This document shows positions 9,250-23,000 of a stretch of 64,000 bases of DNA, one piece after another; position 1 is the first letter of the stretch; the number at the start of each line of letters is the position of its first letter. Below the pieces are notes generated by a model, which saw only the letters and a program-made list of their open reading frames with translations, was not told the DNA's origin and did no database searches. The stretch is taken from contig CP158635.1 in NCBI GenBank assembly GCA_050273025.1, positions 22,568,001 to 22,632,000 of the forward strand. Direction: 5' to 3'. The translations under genes were made by a program, and so were the position numbers. The stretch comes from Cenococcum geophilum. Lineage: Eukaryota.

Positions 9250-10076
9250 TTAATTCGGTAGATAAATAATATTAATTTTCTTATAATATTTAGGGCATTT
9301 AAACTTCTATCTATAGCCCTAAAGGTGCTTTAGTATATAATCTAGCTGTTAAAGATCTACCCTTCTGTTTACGTATAGGGCACTTATAAGGGTTTTCCTG
9401 TTTATCACTATAAGTCGCCTAATGATTTTAGTAGTTCTAATATCTTATAAAACATTTTTAACAATACGGACACTAAAAAGGTCTATTATAAGTTATAAGT
9501 TTGGCTATAATTACTAGTAGGAATAGACAAGCCCTACTGTACCGTAATTATATATTACGATAATAACGCGCGGGCTATCTCTAACAATTCCCACAAAGTC
9601 TAATAGGTTAGCCTTTATCCTTTATCCTTAGCTAAAAGTATACTGTAAGCAGGTTTTAAAGTCCACACTAAATATAAAATAGGTAAGTCTAGACGAGCTA
9701 TCTAGATAGAAGATAAATCCTAAAGGGTCCCATCCTAGTTAATTAGCGTCTTTATAAATATCCTTTAAATAAATTGTTTTTAAGCGATGCTCTTTAACGG
9801 CTCCGTACGTTAGAGGATTTTTCATTTCCCTAATTAAACAAATGGCATGCTCGATGCCCTCTAGAGTGTTAGTAAATTTTAGATATACGCTAGAATCCAG
9901 ATCCACAAAATTAACTTATTACCCATTACAGCTTCCTATCTAAGTCTATATATGCCTTTAGGGCCTCTAAGTTAGCCACATAAGCCGTAATGGTTAGGCT
10001 TAGGGGTTAGAGACTAGATAGTATTGTAGGGCGGTAGAGCATTTAAAGGCTCTTCCGACGAAGAACATGGCGCCAT
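9250..10076 (-). pseudogene. RIP-inactivated C2H2 zinc-finger gene
   Basis: Minus strand ~9485-9405: RPF*CPYC*KCFIRY*NY*NH*ATY, which de-RIPs to RPFQCPYCQKCF.RYQN.QNHQATH. It is followed by PYKCP and KFKCPK finger remnants. ATG at 10076 and an intron-like GTAAT...CTAAC...TAG near 9920-9861. Confidence 0.6.
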
Positions 10077-10329
10077 TAAGTTAGTCTGTTCGCATTAGTC
10101 GGGATAATTATTATTCATATTGCTATTAATCGCGCTAGTATTATTAAGGTCGCTAGTGCTATTGGTATAATTAAAGTCTAGGCGTCTAAAAAAAGCAAAA
10201 AAATAAGCATTTTAGCTGCAAAAGATGTAAGGGAGCGCTTGCGATCCTTATTCTTTGTATTGCACAAAGTTGGCAAAAAGAGGTATCTGCTATTAAAATC
10301 CCGCGAACTTTTAGAAGGCTTGCTATATC

Positions 10330-11494
10330 TTAACTTAATTTATAAAGAGTTAGTAGTTAGTTTTGGAACAGGCTATAGGGCAATTAGCTTAGGTTAAAAT
10401 ATCTTTTTATTAGCCTTTTACTCTCTTTATACTTCTTATTTAAGTTTAGTATTATTAATATTAAATAGTTCTTTAGGTCTACGTTTATAAATACTAGCTT
10501 AAATTCTATTTAGTTTATCCCAATAGTAATAGATTTTATTAGTTTTAAATCCTAGCTTAAAAGCGAGATTAGCAAATTTAAATAAGCTAAAAGGTAGCGG
10601 TTTGTTTATCCCATGCGCCTTAAGCTTTACTCCTCTATAGAACGCTAAAGAATTTTTGCCCTTATTTAGCTTAGGGTAGTAGCAGATAATAAAAAGACAG
10701 AGCTGTAGGTAACTCTATTCCTTACTCTAGGATTCGGTTATATATATATAGCGTTTATCCTATATCCTAAATTAAACGATATAATAACTAGTCTGTTGCG
10801 CCTGGCCTATATAGCACTTTTTTATTACTATAATAGTTAAATCTTTAACCTTAAGTGGTAGAAGCGACCTTATTCTTTTTATAAACACGCCAATGTAGTT
10901 AGTATCCTTAAAAAATATATATAAGGTAAATATTATTCTATCTACTAATAAGATATTTATAAGGAATTATAAGCGCTAATATAGATTGTCTAACTTAGGA
11001 AAGACAGTTTTGGAACTAAAGAGAGATTAAACTACTTCCTTATCCCTATAGCACTAATTTAGTAAAAGAGACCCTAGTAGCCGCACTGTAGTTTTATTAA
11101 CAAATACGCTGAGGGACTTATCCCCCCCTATTATATATTTTTATACTTAATAAATCTTATAAATATAGTTAGAGAATTCTTAGAAGTTTATAAGTAAAGA
11201 TATAATTAAAATTATATATAACTAACGAACTTCTTTATACTTCTAGCTTATAAAAGCGCGTGTAGATCTAAGATGGAATTTCTTCTATAATCTAGAAAAC
11301 GGAAGGAGCTTATTTAAAGGGTTAGCAAACCACCTATTACGCTAAATTTGTTTAAATACTTTCTTCTTATTAGGGCTTAATCTAGCTAGCTACCTATGCT
11401 CTTTATCTCTATTATTATACTTCTAGTAGAATCTTATATATATATACTTTTCCCTATTATAAGGGTTTTAGGGGTTTATATAAGCTAAGCAAAT
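10330..11494 (-). pseudogene. DUF3723 gene, 3' part (RIPed; split by the Gypsy at 11495-19445)
   Basis: Minus strand: NPYNREKYIYIRFY...EHR*LARLSPNKKK...NKLLPFSRL*KKFHL..KE; NYIYKIY*V*KYI...NKTTVRLL...VFPKL...IFTLYIFFKDTNYI; SYLQLCLFIICYYP...FANLAFKLGFKTNKI. These are the PSDGEIY / RWWARLS / LLxIPGLW / IPSLxTFFED / YRQLWL / LAxRLGF motifs of DUF3723. Confidence 0.8.
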
Positions 11495-11919
11495 TATAAC
11501 GGAACCTTGTAGCAAGAACTACAATAGGTTCGTTAATGGGCTAGGTGTGTAGGAAATGCAAGTACAAAAGTCAACAACGTAATAACAACTGATGGAGTGG
11601 TTGCCCAACAGATTAACTCTAATTGTATTCTAAGAATCACTATAAGGAAGGAACTATCTAGGTAGGGACTAAGGGTCCTTAAATACATAACCGTACTTCT
11701 ATAAAATCCTTCTTATACGTAATATACGTCTTATATATAAGGTACATAAGTTCCTCTCGTTCCTCTTGTTTAATATATAGCACATTATATAACCTTAGTT
11801 ACTATTCCTCGTCACATAGTTCTATCGGCTCCATCTTAGACCGTGCCTAAATTAACCAACTAGCTTCTTCCGTCTCTTCTCTAAGTAGTTATAATATTGT
11901 ACTTAAAGCGTCCGTAACA
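11495..11919 (-). repeat. 3' LTR, family A copy 1
   Basis: Direct repeat of 19021-19445. Confidence 0.95.
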
Positions 11920-12027
11920 CCATCTCCCTCCTCTTTATCTTCGTCCTTAAAGATTTAAAACATCTCTAAGTTATTTACTAGAGGTATAATATCCGTCTAA
12001 TTAATTTGGTTAATATTATTGCTTATT

Positions 12028-12660
12028 ATACCTAAAGTAATTTCTTCTTCACACGCCCAACGTCGTGCTCGCACTATTACTGCAATATTGTCTCTTAGTG
12101 AGATTATACCGTCTCCGTGTTCTCGTTGTTTAAAAAAGGGGTTAGTTTGCGTTGCGTTAGTAAACCTATCTTCGCGATAACCATCCTTTTATTTAGAGTG
12201 TACTAAAGCAAATATTCGTTTATCCTATAACGTTCGCTCTACTTCTAATACTAAGTATACGCGATCTATTACTCTTAATAGTCGTCTAGTTCCCTAATTA
12301 ATTTGTCTTAGGGTCTTATATTTAATCTGCTGCTACGCGGCTAGATAGTAAACTATCGCAAGCCCTTACTAAGTTAGAACGTTCCCGTAACGCGGAATAG
12401 AAGGCTTTAGATACTTAAATTGCGGCGTTTACTCGTCTGCTTTATTTTAAGAAGGTTTATAAGAAGGTTCGTTCTAAGGAGTAGAAACTTATAAAATAAG
12501 GTTTATAGGAACTGGGTAATAAAAGAACAGATTCTCTTTTAACAGAGAAGGAAACAGATCTGAGTAGTTCGGCAACTGCTCTTCTTAGGTCCCCCTTAGG
12601 TAACTTATTCTTTAGCGATCCTTCTTTGTTAATATTGCCTAACCTAATCTCTTCTAATAC
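12028..12660 (+). pseudogene. Antisense Zn2Cys6-like + coiled-coil ORF inside Gypsy family A copy 1 (RIPed, one probable intron)
   Basis: (M)PKVISSSHAQRRART...PCSRCLKKGLVCVALVNLSSR*PSFYLECTKANIRLSYNVR gives C-x2-C-x6-C-x13-[C>Y]-x2-C-x8-[C>Y]. A homologue at 28586 has Cys at the last position. Confidence 0.65.
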
Positions 12661-15600
12661 TCCTATACCTTTCCTATAGCGTTTTTTAAATTCTCTAGTA
12701 GCTCCTAGGTAGTCTTAGTATAGCCTATCTACTTTACTTTATACTATGTTTTATTATTAATGTTCTTGTGACTAACAATCCTTAAAACTTACTATTTATC
12801 TTTTTCTTGTCCTCTATACGTGTCTGCTTTATAAACCAGTGGCTTAATATTCCTATATGCTGGCTCTAGTATTGCAATATGCTATATAGGGTAGATCTTT
12901 ATTTTAGCTGGTAGGTTTAACTTAAATATAACCAGTGAAATTCTCTGCGTAATTTTAAAAGGTCCTAGTCTAACGTGGTCTAATTTCTTACTTAGTCGTT
13001 AACTCTTAAAATTTTTATATAGTAGCTACACTTTATCTCCCTCCTTAAGATCTAGTCCCTTAGATCTCTTAGTATTATAGTACTTTTTTATTCTCTCTTA
13101 TACTTTCTTTACTAATTCTATAAGGTCTACATAAAGATTTATTAACGTCTTTATTCTTTCTTTAGCCGTACTACTCGTTTTCTTCGCTTGCCGTAGTAAT
13201 AACAATGTTCTTGGCTTATATCCATAATTTACCTTAAATAGTAATATGCCTATTCCTTCTTAAGGTGTTATATTATATGCGAACTATATAACTAGTAATA
13301 GCGATACCTAATTGTTCTGTATATAATTGACATAATGCCTTAGATACTGCTTTAGTGTCTAATTTAACCTTTCCGTTTAACCGTCTATCTGTAGATAATA
13401 TACAGTAGAAGTTGCTACTTAAACTCCTTGCTCCGCTAAAAATACTTTCTAGAATACTGCTATAAATCTTAGATCTCTATCCAATATAATTTTGCTTAGT
13501 GCTCTATATCTTATAAACACTTCTTTAATATAGATTCTAGCGACATCTTCCGCTGAGATTTCTTCTGTGTATGCTATAAAGTATCCCCACTTTATAAGCT
13601 TATCTACTATTACTAAGATTACGTTATAATCTTGTCTAGTAATAGGATCTTTTAATTTTAGCAACTTAATAATAAAGTCCTATAATATAACCTCCTATGG
13701 TCTCTCTGGTATTTTAATAGGTTGTAGCCCTCTATATAGCTTATACCTCATTAATTTATTCCTTTAGCAATCTAGATATTCCTTTATAACCTTTCTAGCT
13801 ATCCTCTAGATTCCGTTAATAATGTACTTCTCTTAAAGTCTCGTCACTAAGCCTATAGCTCCATTATGTCCTTAGGTTAGTCCCTTATAGAAGTCTTTTA
13901 CGAACTGCTCTGCTATACTTCTTAGGATATACTTTACTTCTTAATTTTTATATATATCCGTTTATAGATCTTCTAGCTATACTTCTAGAATTCTTTATAC
14001 CTAAAAGCTTTTTAGTGTCTTATAGACTTTTTCTAGTTTATTGTCCTTTTGAGTTGCTGCAATTTTCGGATAATTATACCTAATTAACCCGTCTATATCT
14101 TTTCGCAATAAAGCCCCTAATGGCTTTTCCTCATTTTATAGTTTAGCTTTGTGGCTTAGAGCATCCGCCCTCGTATTATCTGTACCTTTGGTATACTAAA
14201 TTTCAAAATAGTATTCTATAAGTATCTCTGCCTATCTAACCTATCTTTAGTTAAGTTCCTTTATTGTTAGGAATCCTATTAGGTTCTTATAATCCGTCTT
14301 AACTATAAATGGTTTCTCTGTGCCTTATAAGAATGCTCTCTATTTCTTTAATGCTGTAACTATACCTAATAACTCCTTGTTATAGATGTTATAGTTTAAC
14401 TCCGGTAGTGTTATCTTCCAACTATAGTATACTACTAGGTGCCATCCATCTTAATATCTTTGTATAAAGTACGCCCCTAGTGTATAGTCTAATGTATCTA
14501 TTTTTATAACCGTCTCTAGTTCTAGTTAATAGATCTTAAGAACTGGCTCCTAGGTGAACAACTTTTTGACTTTCTTAAAGAGTTCTTTTTGCTTTTCTCC
14601 CCATGCCTATAGTTCCTCTTTCTTTATTAACCGCGTAAATGGCTTAATGTCCTTTAACCACTGCGCTATAAACCTTTTATAGTAATTGCAAAACCCTAAG
14701 AACGATTTTAACTATGTAACGTTCTCTAGTTCCTGCTAATTTACTATAGCCTCGATCTTCTTTAGATCTATACTAAGTTAGCCTAGTTTAATAATAAATT
14801 TAACGAAATTAGTCTTTCTGGTAAAGAACTCGCATTTCTTAATTGCTACTAGCATCTGTTTTTCTTATAGTCTCCTTAAGACCTATTTGACGTGTTCCCC
14901 GTATTCTTCCTTAGTCATTAAGTAGATAATAATATCGTTAAGATATGCTATAATAAATTTATCTAAGTGTTCTCCTAATATATTGTTAGTACGCTTTTAG
15001 AACGTTGCTAGTGTGTTTATAAGCCTAAATTGTATAACTAATGGTTTATATAGTTCTTCCTTTAACCTAAAGGCTGCCTTTTATTTGTTGCCTTTCTTAA
15101 TCCTAATTTAATAGTACGCCTATCTTAGATCTATCTTTATAAAGATTTGCGCATTGCCTATCCTGTCTTAGATTTCGCTAATTAAGGGTAAAGAATACCT
15201 ATTCTTTTTAGTAATGCTGTTTAACTATCTATAGTTAATACACAGCCTTAGTTTGCTATTTTTCTTTAGTATAAATAGTACTGGATAACCCGCTAATGAC
15301 TGCAATAGTCTAATATATCCCTTTTATAGATTTTCCTAGATAAACTCTTTTAATGCTCTACCTTCTTCTTCGGTAAGCTTATAGATTGGAAAGAACTTTA
15401 GACTTATTCCTAGTTCTAACTCTATTTTATAGTCCTATATTATATACTTTAATAACTTTTTACTTTCTAGTGACTATAGTTTCTTGCCATACTTATGGTA
15501 TCTCTTTAGTATATAACTTAGTCCTTTTTCTATTTCTTTATAGGTTGCTCCTACTTAGTACTATACCAACTTGGCTTATTATTATATCTTGCGGCGTTAA

Positions 15601-18600
15601 GTATCTTTAATATTGACCTGACCTGTAATCCAATTGATCCTTGGATTGTATTCCTATAACTAAGGTATGTTTAATACTGCCTCGTCCCGTCCTAATAGTA
15701 GGATATTAAAAGACATCTTAATTTGTCTCCCTTTAATAGTTATCTAAATAGGTTCTGTTTTAAGATTAATGATCCCTCCTCTATAGGTTATTAGATCTCC
15801 TAAAATTGTAACTAATAGGTAAGGTTACTCCTTTTATCTATAAGGTAGTCCTATTCTCTTAACTACTGCTAGTAAGATATGGTTTCGCGTTGCCTTACTA
15901 TCTATTAGCGCTTTAAACTGCTGATTTTACTAATTAATTCGTAAATTTAGGTGTTGTTCTTAAATTCCTTTAAGGGTCTAAGGCTCTACTACTAGCTCCC
16001 TTTAATCCCGTGGGCCTCTACTTTTCCTAACTATTAGCTGCTTAATCCTGGTGTATTTGGCTTACTCTTTGGCTAATACCTAGTTCGCTTTTTATCTTTA
16101 ATATACTATAGATACGTGTTTTCTAGGCATTCCCACTACTATTATCCGTCTAAGCATTCTTCTATAAGGAATCTTCCTAGTTAAAGTACTAAACTTTCTT
16201 CCTCTTAGACCTCTGCTGGATGCTATCTATATATATATTTGGCATTCCTATACTATTATTTATCCATTATCTAGTATATCCTTATAGAGTATTTCCGATT
16301 CTTTTTCTTTGGATTCTTATATATATCGTATATATTGTCTACGCACGCAATCTATAATAACGTGTAGTGTGCTAGGTGCTTTAGGTTAACTCTTAGCTCG
16401 TCTTTATCCTTAAGTTTAAACTTTTATTATATTAATCTAAACGTTATAACTTTATTCATAGGTACTAAGATGCGTCTTTTGCTTCTCTAGTCCTCTAAAC
16501 GTTCCTTTAGATCCTTTGACGTTATAATTAAGGCTCCTTTAATATACGTTATAGCCTTCTCTATAATTGGGTGGTCCTAGATAACTTTTTTATCCAACTA
16601 TATATAGAAATCTTCCCACTTATTATTGTGCCTTTGCCTATACTACTTTTAGTATAGCTACTGGAGTGTATACGGTCTATCTATAAGGAAGTATCTTCTT
16701 ATTACTGCATCGTAATAGCCTTTTGTATATCATTTCTTAAACCTAGTAGGAATTCCTAGATCCTCTTCTTGTTTTAGTTTAGTAAGCCACTTAGCTCTTA
16801 GTATGCCTGCTCTCAGCCTATTAGTAATTCTTTATACTAGTGCTTTATCCTTTATACGTCCTAATATACTAGATCTCTTGTCTAGTTTCTATTCTTACTA
16901 TGCGATAATTCTTTACCTAAATTCTTTTATAGTTTCTTTTGGTTTACGCCTTACGCTTTAATCCTTAAAGTTGTCTTGCTTCTTAATCTTAGTATTAATT
17001 TTTTAATCTTTAGTCTGAATACTTCATTTAACTAATAAATCCTCTGGGTCTATATATTTATCTCCCAGTCTAATTACTATTTGTGCCGCAGATTCTCTAA
17101 TCTATAAAGAAGCTCCTTACCTTTTGTCTATAGGTGTCCTGATTTATACTCCGAATTCTTAACCTCTTAGGTTCTTTAGTCCTAAGCTCGCTTCTAACTT
17201 AAGCTTAGCTCCTACCTTAGTCTAACTAGGCTTAACTAGTATCCTTGTCTCGTCTTAAGAGTCCTAGATCTTACTTATCTCGTCTTAAGAATCTTATACT
17301 GTTAGGAATTCTTATCCTAAGCTTATTTGTATATCTTTAAACTAAGCTACTGCTCTGCTCTATTGGTTATCGTCTATTATAGGTCCTTAAGCTTACCTTA
17401 TTTCATTTTAAGAATCTTAGTTATCTCTTATCTCGCTATAAGAATCTTAAGCCTTTGGCCTTTTGCCTTTATTAAGTGCCAAAGTAGTTTACTGTTCTAC
17501 TTCTCTTGCGTCTTATAAAGCGATAGATATTATGTCTAGTGGGGTTTTAATCCCTATTAATATTCCTTATTCTATAATGGAATTACCCTCTACCTCTAGT
17601 ATAATATTTCTAAGGTCTGCTTACTCCTAGTAAGCGGCCCTTATTGCCTTATCGTTACGGAATGTTTCGCCTAGGTTAAATTTATCGTCCTTAATATCCG
17701 ATCTGCGAACTAGTTCGTTGGTTCCTCTATATCCTATAGGTGCTGGCTCTTATGGCTAATAGCTTGCGCCGTACTTAGCGTCCTTATAAATTTAGTATGC
17801 GTTATTATAATAAAACGCAAAACTTCTAATTAAATATTCTTTTGTTCCTTGCAGTATATTATTGTCCCTTTATATATATATATCGTCTACTAGTCTTATA
17901 CCCTTTACTATATAGTGACTCTGCCCACTTCTATAGTCTCTAACGTAATAACCCTGTTTTCCACAATTTATATAAGCTCCTTCTTTAAACTATTTCTCTT
18001 ACTATGGAGTCCGCCTAAATATCTTCTGCTATTAAGATCCCTAATTTAGCCTTTACTCCTTAGACCTTTAATCACCTAATCCTTATCCTCTAGGTTTCTA
18101 TAGTTTGCTCTATCTCTTATAGGCTTCTTTAGTGCCACTTAGGTCTATTAGCTCTACGCTATACTATAGTTTCTAACTTAGCTTTTATTGTTGCGTACTC
18201 TGCGCCTTATATAACTATAGAACTCTATCCTAGCTTTTCTTAGCCTGTTCCCTTTAGTAGATCTAATTATTAATCTTAATCGCCTAATCTATTAGTTCCC
18301 TTAGGGTGTCCGCATCTTCTATTAGGATAATCGCGTCCTAGACTTTAGCCTTAAGTCCCTGTTTATACTATGCTATAAGCGCCCTATTATTCCACTCTAT
18401 TTATATTGCTAGTGTCTAAAACTGTGTTGTATACTTAATTACTAAAGTTTATTATATGAGGTTCTGGAGTTTTTTTTCCGCTGTAGTTGTTTCTTCCGGG
18501 TCTCTAAATATCTGCGTAAGTCGCTTTGCGAATTCTTCCTAACTTAAGAATATAAATCGCACGTCTTGGTTAGTGGTCGTTATTCCGTTTACCTATATCT

Positions 18601-19020
18601 TTATAAGGTAAGGTTTAAACTACTTAAGTGCTTTTCCTAATAAGAATAGTCCTATGTAGGCTATTTAATCCATGGGTGTAGGTAACTTTACTCCCTCCTG
18701 TAAGACCTTAAAGTATATCTATATAAGGAATTCTTTAAGCTTTAACCTCTCTCCTATGAATCTCTTAATTAATAGTAGCTTGATCTTTACTGCTCCTATT
18801 TTATTAAGTCTTTCTTCTAACACTATATTGTTAGCTGTTAGCTAGTTAACTATTTCTTATAGCTGTCCGACCGTTATAGGTTACTATAAGTTAGTATCCG
18901 CCATACTGGTATCACCTCCTATCCTTAAAGTAGTTGCTGCCGTCAATGGCGTCATAGTGGCTACTTTTGGTGGCATGTTATTTAACTTCTTATATTAATA
19001 CTATAACTAGGTAGTGATTA

Positions 19021-19445
19021 TATAACGGAACCTTGTAGTAAGAACTACGATGGGTTTATTAATGGGCTAGGTGTATAGGAAATGCAAGTATAAAAGTTAA
19101 CAACGTAATAATAACTAGTGGAGTAGTTGCCTAACAGATTAACTCTAATTATATTCTAAGAATTACTATAAGGAAGAAACTATCTAGGTAGGGACTGAGG
19201 GTCCTTAAATACACAACCGTACTCCTATGAAATCCTTCTTGTACGTAATGTACGTCTTATACATAAGGTACGTAAGTTCCTCTCGTTCCTCTTGTTTAAT
19301 ATGTAGCATATTATGTGACCTTGGTTACCATTCCTCGTCACATAGTTCTATTGGCTCTATCCTAGACCGTGCCTAAATCAACCAACTAGCTTCTTCCGTC
19401 TCTTCTCTAAGTAGTCGTAACATTATACTTAAAGCGTCCGTAACA
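19021..19445 (-). repeat. 5' LTR, family A copy 1
   Basis: Direct repeat of 11495-11919. Confidence 0.95.
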
Positions 19446-19910
19446 CAAATATAGGCCTCTATTTCTAGAGAAATACCTTTTTAAGTTAGTGATTTTTTAG
19501 CTTAATACTAGTGAGCCTACTAGTTATATAAAAGTCAACTATCTACTACTAATCTTCTGGCAGCGGAAATGCCTGTTTTACAGCCTTAGTAAAGTCTTAT
19601 CTATATAGATATGCTAAATTAAAGGTCTTAGGAAATGAAAGCCTAGGAAAGGATCTAATCCGGAATAAATTAGAGGCCACTCTTCTGGATTGCGCAACTG
19701 CAGCATCTAAGTTATGTTTTTTAATTTTCGCGGATATATAATTCCCCTTATCGGTATAAAAGCAGCTAGCTTTAAATATCCTTACTAACCTTTCAATATT
19801 ACCTTTATCTAAAAGCTTAAGAGATAAATTAAAATATAGGTGCTTTAGATTCACCTCGGCCGACTTAAGAAAATTCTTAAGTGTATTTTATAAAATATTG
19901 TTATTTATCA
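19446..19910 (-). pseudogene. DUF3723 gene, 5' part (RIPed)
   Basis: ORF 19597..19854 and flanks: AEVNLKHLYF...LDKGNIERLVRIF...NYISAKI...LDAAV...FPRLSFP...LAYLYR*D..KA..QAFPLPED***IVDFY, matching the DUF3723 N-terminus (LD.KNVERL..IF, NHI.A.I, L.CLHG, WW.VDLY). Confidence 0.85.
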
Positions 19911-20035
19911 CGAGATAGAGTTAAGAAGAATTATAAAGGAATCTTAGGATAAAGTCTATCTAACCTTAATAAAACGATGCGGAAGAGTGCGGCTAAAAAT
20001 GCGACCCCTCTATAAAATTATAGAGATTTATATAG

Positions 20036-23000
20036 TGTTGGGAATGAGGCAAGCGGTCGTTACGTGTCGCCGCGGCACTAGCGTGGCGAGGAGTCTTAGG
20101 CTCCTCGTCCTTCCTTATTCCTACAAGCATATTAACCAACATTACTGTAACCTACTCGAGTAGTTATTATTGGTGAGTCACCCTATATAACTAACACTGA
20201 TCAGTGGTTAAATATATAGTTAACTACAGAGCAGCTAGGTTTTTGAATAGAAGAGATAGTCTTATATAGGGGTGCTATATGCGCTTATATGGAATAGATC
20301 TCAGCGATACTGTGCTACCTTAGATTTGTGGAAAACTAGTAATAAAAGTGTTATTGAGTACTAGGAGATACCAAGTTGCGTCTATTATGTAGAATAACCA
20401 CATTTACGAAGACTTGGTTAAGTACTTTAGGTTAGAAGTATTACTAAACCTAGGGTCCTAAGTTAACGTCTAAAACGCGTTAAATAACTACCTTAACACC
20501 CTCTATGTACCTTCGCAGATTATAGAATTACAATTAATACCTAAATACACGTTAAACAACCTTCATTTTCCTTATTTTTTAATCAACAAGATAATAGCCA
20601 TTATGGTATTAACCTACCTAAAGAAGTATAAGAAAGATATTAACCCAAAGATATAAAATAAAACCATAATTAACCCTATAAACGCTGAGCAATAGGACCT
20701 AAACGGATTCCTATTATACCATATGGCATACTATAAAGATAGCGAATACGATGATACTATACTATAGTATTATATAAAGGAGGATTTTATTAGATAGATA
20801 AAGGAAATATAGGTTCCTATAAATAAGGATATTATATAGGACTTCCGTAACTTCCTTTGGGAGTATAGAGTATTTGTCCCTATAGATAGGGGAGTTATTA
20901 AAGATAATATTTAGGAGCATATTATTAACGTAAAAGAAGAGCACGAATAGACTCTATAAGAGATTAAGCATTAACTACGCACTATAAGGAAGCTTAACTT
21001 ATAATAGAATCTAAGCAATATATCTCTAGAGACGAATCTACCTCCGCCTTTAACTCCTCTATCTCTAATTTAACCTGTAACTTTAACGTTAGATACTATA
21101 CCCCAACGAAAGCAGGCACAGAATCCTATTACTTCGCGATTTAATAACCTAAAGACTCTACCGACTAAACCTACGTCCCTACTGCAGCCTATAATGTAAC
21201 TCCTACCTCCTTTATTTTAATCTTAAATTAGAGGCATTTTAAAATTGCTTATAGAGCTTACGAAGCTCTATTTGGATTAGGAGAAGAAGTTTAGTAGGGA
21301 ATTATATAATATTCTTAATTTGAAATTGCGTATCTTTTATAATTATTACTAGAAGGTGGGAATAGAGTCTAATTAATACCATAACGCCTATTCTATTATG
21401 CTTAGGGGCCGAGCTAGTACCTTCTATTATAATTGTTTAGTAGGAAAAGGATATAACTTTAACCGCATAATATATAAGTTAAGATGCCACTTTAAAACAG
21501 AAGAGAATAAGTAGCAGTATATGTTAGAATAGAGAGAGACTACCTTTTTAAGGATTATTGCTATAAACCTAGGTGTTCCTCGGCTTAATTATCTTTAAAA
21601 GCTCTTTAATTAACTTTAGATGATTTAGCGTGGTCTATCTAAATTATATTAAGAGAATTTCAGCCTACGTAATTAAGTTATTAGCGTATACTAAAATATT
21701 AAAAAAATATAACCTTACTCTCTTTAATCCTGTAAATACTTATAAAGGAGTGTATACTTAATTAAGATCTTCTATTAGCATCGCTCTACGCTCTTAAGAA
21801 GTATAGCAATTTAACATTTAACTTTAGTCTACTTTAATTAACCCAGACGACCCGGCTAACTAATATGATTATAACTAGACTAATTAAATATATAGTGGCC
21901 GTAGTAGGTAATATGGTAGAGGGTATAATTAATAACTATAAGGTAAAGGTGGAGGTCCTTATAGAGGTTTATTTTAAAGTAATCGCTAGAAAAAATGCTA
22001 CGTTTATAAGAAACCAAATTACTAGTTAACTAGGCATTTTCTTAATAAGCGAAAGGAGGTATATAACAAGTTTCGCTAAAGTATAAGAAATATTAGAAAT
22101 TATAAGGTTACTATGGCCTACTTCTAAAGCTTCCTAGTTTAATATAAAGGCGTAGAAGATCTTAAGGGTAAGGTTAATAAGGCCAAACAGCTCCTTATAG
22201 ATATGGAAATTAAGAACTACTTACCCAACCAATACTTTACTAAGTATGGTAAGGTAGATAGTACACAAACCGTTGCTATTCTTAATAACTAATCTACATT
22301 ACATTCTATTATAAAGTTAGATATCTTTAATAAGCTAAAGGAGAGCTCCGTATTCTCCTTTAACGACAAATACTTAGTGAATATCTTCTATGGTATTATA
22401 CCAGATACTGGAGCCGCAGGAGTATCTATAGTAGGAGAACCTCAAGTTTAAGCTCTCTAGTAGCTTAATAGCTCTGTTTAGATTGACTAATATACAATTT
22501 GTTTTGGTAAGGGTACTATAATCTCTCTTAGCACAATTAGAGTCTAAACCCCCTTAGGGTATATTACTTTTCACGTTGTTTCTATAAACACCCCGTTTCT
22601 ATTTTACATTAGAGATATAAATAAATTAGGCGTTAAGCTTAATAACCTTAAGAATATACTTATTTAGGGAGATAACCGGGTACCTATTATGCGTAAGTGG
22701 GGTCACCCTTAGTTGCTCCTTTATTAACTAGAAAAGAGTATTACTTAGAGCCACCTAACTAAGTTAAAGTTACGTTAACTATACCGTTAATTTAGCCACC
22801 TATCTATTTATTAATTGCTTAGGGTTCTTTAGTAAGTAGGCTATAAAGTTAAGGTTAAGGCAATTAAGCATCTTATAAAGTACTACTATTACTGCTAAAT
22901 AAACCAGAAGTCCCCTAGCCGATTTAAGTTTACCCTTAAAAATAACTACAACTTTAACTTCTGTATTATCGTTAACGTTATATATCTTAGCGGTAAGCTA

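Larger units (their letters stand above)
11495..19445 (-). mobile_element. Full-length RIPed Ty3/Gypsy chromovirus (family A, copy 1)
   Basis: 425-bp LTRs at 11495-11919 and 19021-19445 (T[G>A]TAAC...TAACA). TSD CAAAT at 11490-11494 and 19446-19450. PPT next to the left LTR. Minus-strand gag, PR, RT (LRLCINYR*LN..KNRYSLPLI), RH, IN and chromodomain (KVK*IGYTKTT*ELLENL). Confidence 0.95.
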
